IMG/VR virus record: IMGVR_UViG_3300037511_000359
Source of the DNA: a virus
Direction: 5' to 3' (one strand)
Length of the DNA stretch: 64,000 nt
Shown here: piece by piece, positions 60,528 to 64,000 of the stretch
How the letters are laid out: each line of letters opens with the position of its first letter
Numbering within the stretch: position 1 is the stretch's first letter
Notes under the pieces: generated by a model
What the model was told of the DNA's origin: nothing
The model's input: only the letters and a program-made list of their open reading frames with translations
Databases searched by the model: none
Position numbers and translations under genes: made by a program

Positions 60528-61175
60528 ATGGCTGATATCTCTGTTACGTCGCTGACACGCATCGGCATGTCGAGCGCGCAGGCCCGCGCGATCGTCGCTG
60601 CGTCGGGCGCGCGCTCTCCGATTTACGTCGAGGAGTTCACGGACCCCGCCGCTGCGTCCGGTACCGCGCTGCGCGCCGCGACCGCAAGCGTCACGACCGA
60701 GCGTACGACCACGTCGTTCTCGGCCGGAGGCGTCGCTGCGCTCGCTGCGTACCCGCGGCAGATCGTGTTCACGACCGCCGGTGGCACGGCGGCGGACGCG
60801 CCCGCGACGGCAACCATCACGGGCACCGACGTGAACGGCGACGCCATCACGGAAACGGTTACCCTCGCGCAGACGGCGACTACGGCGACGAGCGCGAAGT
60901 TCTTTGCGACGATCACGAGCATCGTCGAGGCGGCGGGCGATGGCACCGGAGCGACAATTGCGATCGGTATCGGCGCAGCGCTCGGTCTGCGACGCAAGGC
61001 GAAGGTCCGTGCGGGCGCGCTCATGGTGGTGCGCGAGATCTCCGCGGGCTCATTCGTGACGAACGGCACCTTCGCGCTTCCGAGTGCGGCTGCGCCGAAC
61101 GGCAGCTACACGCCGAACACCGCGGCCAACGGCACGAACGACTACGCGATCGCGTACGAAGTGGATTTGACGTGA
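60528..61175 (+). CDS. Ala/Thr-rich putative structural (head decoration) protein
   Basis: Located in the head module; beta-rich A/T/G composition. Confidence 0.55.
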   Translation: MADISVTSLTRIGMSSAQARAIVAASGARSPIYVEEFTDPAAASGTALRAATASVTTERTTTSFSAGGVAALAAYPRQIVFTTAGGTAADAPATATITGTDVNGDAITETVTLAQTATTATSAKFFATITSIVEAAGDGTGATIAIGIGAALGLRRKAKVRAGALMVVREISAGSFVTNGTFALPSAAAPNGSYTPNTAANGTNDYAIAYEVDLT

Positions 61176-62902
61176 AGCGCCGGAAGAAGGAAGCGGTCGC
61201 CGCGGTGCGCGGCGCGCCCGGCGTGTTGCTTGACGCCGCCGCAGCCGACGCTGCCGCGAACGACAACGCGGGCGCGGTGTGGCTCGAGGTCGCTTACGAG
61301 GGCTCGTTCAAGGGCCATTGGATGGGCGAATTCGAGTTCACCGAGGCGACGTTCGACCAGATCATCTCGAACTTCCACGAACACCCTGCGTACAAGCCTG
61401 TGCCGGAAGGTATCACGGCCGAGCAGATCAAGTCGGGCAAGTTCGGCGTCGTGCAGTGGGACATGCATCACGCGTCCGAGGCGCCAGCGACCAGCGGAGA
61501 AATCGCTGTCAACGGCGCCCCGGCGCAGGGATGGGTCCTCGACGTCCGCAAGGGGCGACGCGCCGACGGCAAGGTGAAGCTCGAGGCGCAGACGTGGTGG
61601 TTCGACAGAGCGCGCACGTACGTCCGAAACGATCAGTACCGCTGGGCGTCTGTATCCGTCGTGTTCAACGCGCGGCATCCGGTCACGAACGAGCCGATCG
61701 GCGCGGTACTCACGTCGATCGCGCTGACGAATCAGCCGTTTTTGCAAGGGCTGCCGCCGCTCGCGGCGTCGATTTACAGGAATGAGTGGCCTTCGAACGA
61801 AGGTCCGAAAACGATCGTTCAGCGGCTGCGCAACGAGTTCGAACTCGCGCCCACGGATCCAGACAGCGCCCTTCGCCCCAAGCTGGACGAACTGCGTCGA
61901 TGGTCCGATCCGGCGACCATTCTGCCCGATGGCGTTGACATCGAGTACGCGCTCCAGACGCTGCGCTGCATCTTCAACCTTCCGTACCTCACCACCGCGG
62001 ATGAGATTTTCGCCGAGGTGGACAAGCTGTTTCAGCAGATCGAAGTGCCTGCCGGCACCAACGTAAAGGGACCCATCATGAACACGACCGCATCTCCGGC
62101 GCCGGCGGCGAAGTCTCCCGCCGACGACCTCCGCGACTCGCTCGCGATCACGCTCGCCAAGCACCGTAAGTGCAGCGCTGGCGAGGTGACGAACACGCAG
62201 ATCCTGATGGCCGTCGAGTCGGGCGCCAACGCGACCACCGATCTCGCGGCGCTCCTGCAGGCGCTCGACGTCTCGAACCTCGCCGCTGCGCTCGGCCAGA
62301 TCGACACCCTGAAGAAGATCAAGGTCGAACTCGACAAACTGCTCCCGCAGTACGAGGCGGCGCAGAAGGAGATCGCCAAGATCGACGAGGAGTCCGCGCT
62401 CGAGGACGTCGGCATGGCACTCGCGACGCTCGGGATCGACCCGAACGACAAGACCAAGGCAGCGATCCACGCGTCGCTCCTGCGCGACCGCAAGGCGAAC
62501 AAGGCGAAGTTCGTCGAGGACTACAAGATCGTCGAGGCGCGCCAGCTCTCGCGCGCTCGCAACGCGACCACGGTCACCACGACCGGCGGCATTGACCCCA
62601 CCGTCGCGCTCGCGACGCAGCGGCAGCACGCGACTCAGACGACCGCATCGGCGGACCCGTTCGCTGGCATGCGCCTCGGCGCCGGTGGTCGTCTCCAGGT
62701 CGTGCCGGTCGTGCAGGACAAGCCCGGCGCTGGCGCTGCGCCGCAGGTGAACCTGTCGCAGTTCCAGGGTCGGAACGACGTGGAGCGGGCGATCAACTAC
62801 CTGCGCACGCAGGAGGGGACCAAGCACCTCTCGATCGACGACCTCAACGCGCAGGCCTCGCTGCTCGTCCGCAACCTCCGCGCTTCCGGCCGCGCGGCCT
62901 GA
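61172..62902 (+). CDS. prohead protease / scaffold (Mu gpI-like)
   Basis: DMHH, PAQGW, YRWASVSV, LTSIALTNQPF motifs; helical scaffold-like C-half. Confidence 0.8.
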   Translation: MKRRKKEAVAAVRGAPGVLLDAAAADAAANDNAGAVWLEVAYEGSFKGHWMGEFEFTEATFDQIISNFHEHPAYKPVPEGITAEQIKSGKFGVVQWDMHHASEAPATSGEIAVNGAPAQGWVLDVRKGRRADGKVKLEAQTWWFDRARTYVRNDQYRWASVSVVFNARHPVTNEPIGAVLTSIALTNQPFLQGLPPLAASIYRNEWPSNEGPKTIVQRLRNEFELAPTDPDSALRPKLDELRRWSDPATILPDGVDIEYALQTLRCIFNLPYLTTADEIFAEVDKLFQQIEVPAGTNVKGPIMNTTASPAPAAKSPADDLRDSLAITLAKHRKCSAGEVTNTQILMAVESGANATTDLAALLQALDVSNLAAALGQIDTLKKIKVELDKLLPQYEAAQKEIAKIDEESALEDVGMALATLGIDPNDKTKAAIHASLLRDRKANKAKFVEDYKIVEARQLSRARNATTVTTTGGIDPTVALATQRQHATQTTASADPFAGMRLGAGGRLQVVPVVQDKPGAGAAPQVNLSQFQGRNDVERAINYLRTQEGTKHLSIDDLNAQASLLVRNLRASGRAA

Positions 62903-62985
62903 CCCGCGCGAGCGGACCGAACCACACCGACAACTCAGTTCGCCGATGCGCTGCGCGTGACGCGGCGTAGGCGCGGAGATCTACC

Positions 62986-63408
62986 ATGTCTGTTTTTGCA
63001 CCTAACCTGCGACGTCACGTCGCTCCGCACGAGATCCGGAGCGTCTTCAACAACACCGGCTCGACCATTAGCGGCGGGCTGTTCGTCAAACTGACCACGA
63101 CGGGAGACCGTCACGTGCGCCTGCCGGAGGCCGTCACCGACGACCTCTACGGCGTCACGATGGCGGATATCGCTGATCAGGAGTGGGGCGACTGCCAGAT
63201 CGACGGCGTCGCGCGGTGCACCGCGGGCGCGGCCATCGCGAACCCCGGCACGCGCCTCATGCCCACGACCGCGGGCAAGGTCATCGCGTGGACCGCCGCG
63301 GGCGGCTCCAACGCGGCGCTCGCGGGCAGCAACATCACGACGGCGACCGCCGACAACGATCCGATCGAGGTCCAGCTCGCTGGACCGGGCGTCTCCCGAC
63401 AGGGCTGA
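62986..63408 (+). CDS. capsid cement / decoration protein (DUF2190-like)
   Basis: GVTMADIAD...CQIDGVARCTAGAAI...LMPTTAGKVI; between scaffold and capsid. Confidence 0.7.
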   Translation: MSVFAPNLRRHVAPHEIRSVFNNTGSTISGGLFVKLTTTGDRHVRLPEAVTDDLYGVTMADIADQEWGDCQIDGVARCTAGAAIANPGTRLMPTTAGKVIAWTAAGGSNAALAGSNITTATADNDPIEVQLAGPGVSRQG

Positions 63409-63443
63409 TCGCTCCAACATCACACCAGAGGGACAGAGACATC

Positions 63444-64000
63444 ATGGAGCAGATCATCACGCTGTCGGAGAACTCTCCGCTCGGCGCCGAGGGAACGAAG
63501 GTCGTTCTCGACGACCGCACTGGCCAGGTGCGGGACATGTCCGGCAAGGTCGTGAGGCAACTCGCGCTCCTGCCCGACGACGTGCACGTGCCGGAGGAGA
63601 TCCCCACGTTCCTCGCGACGCGGCGCCTGCCGGCGTTCCGCGCTGACGACGTGGCACCCGTCGTTCCGGTGAACCATCGCCGCTTCAATCTGCGGTCCGA
63701 GAGCGCCGAGGACGCGTTTATCGAGATCAACCCCGAGGGGTCTATCCAGGGGTCGATCCCGCAGGTCGATCCGTCGACCAGCCTCGACGAGCACAGCACC
63801 GTCGAGCAGTACGTCGGGAGCTACATCCCGAAGGCGACGGAGGACGAGGAGACGCTCGCGAACTTCAAGGTGCGCCAGGCGGCAGCGATCAAATGCCAGC
63901 GAGTGCTCTCGATCTGGCGCGAGCGCAAGGTCTGGACGACGTTGACCACGGCGGCGAACTGGAACTCAGGTGTCGTGACCACCATCGGCGCTGGTGCCGA
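63444..64000 (+). CDS. major capsid protein (5' part; runs off the window)
   Basis: Hand translation MEQIITLSENSPLG...ADDVAPVVPVNHRRF...RERKVWTTLTTAANW; position and F.AD.vaP.VPV pattern of HK97-fold capsids. Confidence 0.7.
   Translation, partial: MEQIITLSENSPLGAEGTKVVLDDRTGQVRDMSGKVVRQLALLPDDVHVPEEIPTFLATRRLPAFRADDVAPVVPVNHRRFNLRSESAEDAFIEINPEGSIQGSIPQVDPSTSLDEHSTVEQYVGSYIPKATEDEETLANFKVRQAAAIKCQRVLSIWRERKVWTTLTTAANWNSGVVTTIGAGA

Noticed and set aside
1-64000. Diversity-generating retroelement, retron or genetic-code reassignment
   Set aside because: No reverse-transcriptase motifs; the only long repeat is identical rather than A-mutated; long core genes read through in the standard code.

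Overview
A very GC-rich, apparently temperate tailed-phage (or prophage) genome segment; the host cannot be determined from the sequence alone. Layout: (1) 1-5.2 kb, leftward recombination operon: beta sliding clamp, SSB-like protein, Sak4-like AAA ATPase, RecE/Cas4-like PD-(D/E)XK exonuclease. (2) 5.3-6.1 kb, divergent cI-like/Cro-like switch. (3) 6.3-19.3 kb, rightward replication block: SF2 helicase with a LAGLIDADG intein in Walker A, VRR-NUC nuclease, DUF488-like and DUF1643-like proteins, a 1126-aa primase-helicase ending in nested inverted repeats, and a TerS-like HTH protein containing repeated palindromes. (4) 19.4-52.6 kb, a ~33-kb accessory region of about 80 small genes cut into units by about 20 near-uniform promoters (TTGAC-type -35, 16-bp spacer, TAnnnT -10), most with the start codon 6-7 nt after the -10 (leaderless). 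From 44 to 52 kb these form a repeated promoter / small ORF / hairpin cassette array with a shared TACGnATGCA box, a perfect 124-bp direct repeat bracketing a 1.8-kb insert, and four paralogous small proteins. One promoter drives an apparently non-coding, multi-hairpin ~250-nt RNA. (5) 52.7-64 kb, packaging/head module: DHH phosphoesterase, TerL, a truncated Walker-A-less TerL paralog, a sigma-like regulator, a portal/unknown-domain/MuF fusion, a Mu gpI-like protease-scaffold, a cement protein and the start of the major capsid protein. No integrase, CRISPR array, reverse transcriptase or canonical tRNA was found. All family assignments come from motif recognition by eye, not from database searches.
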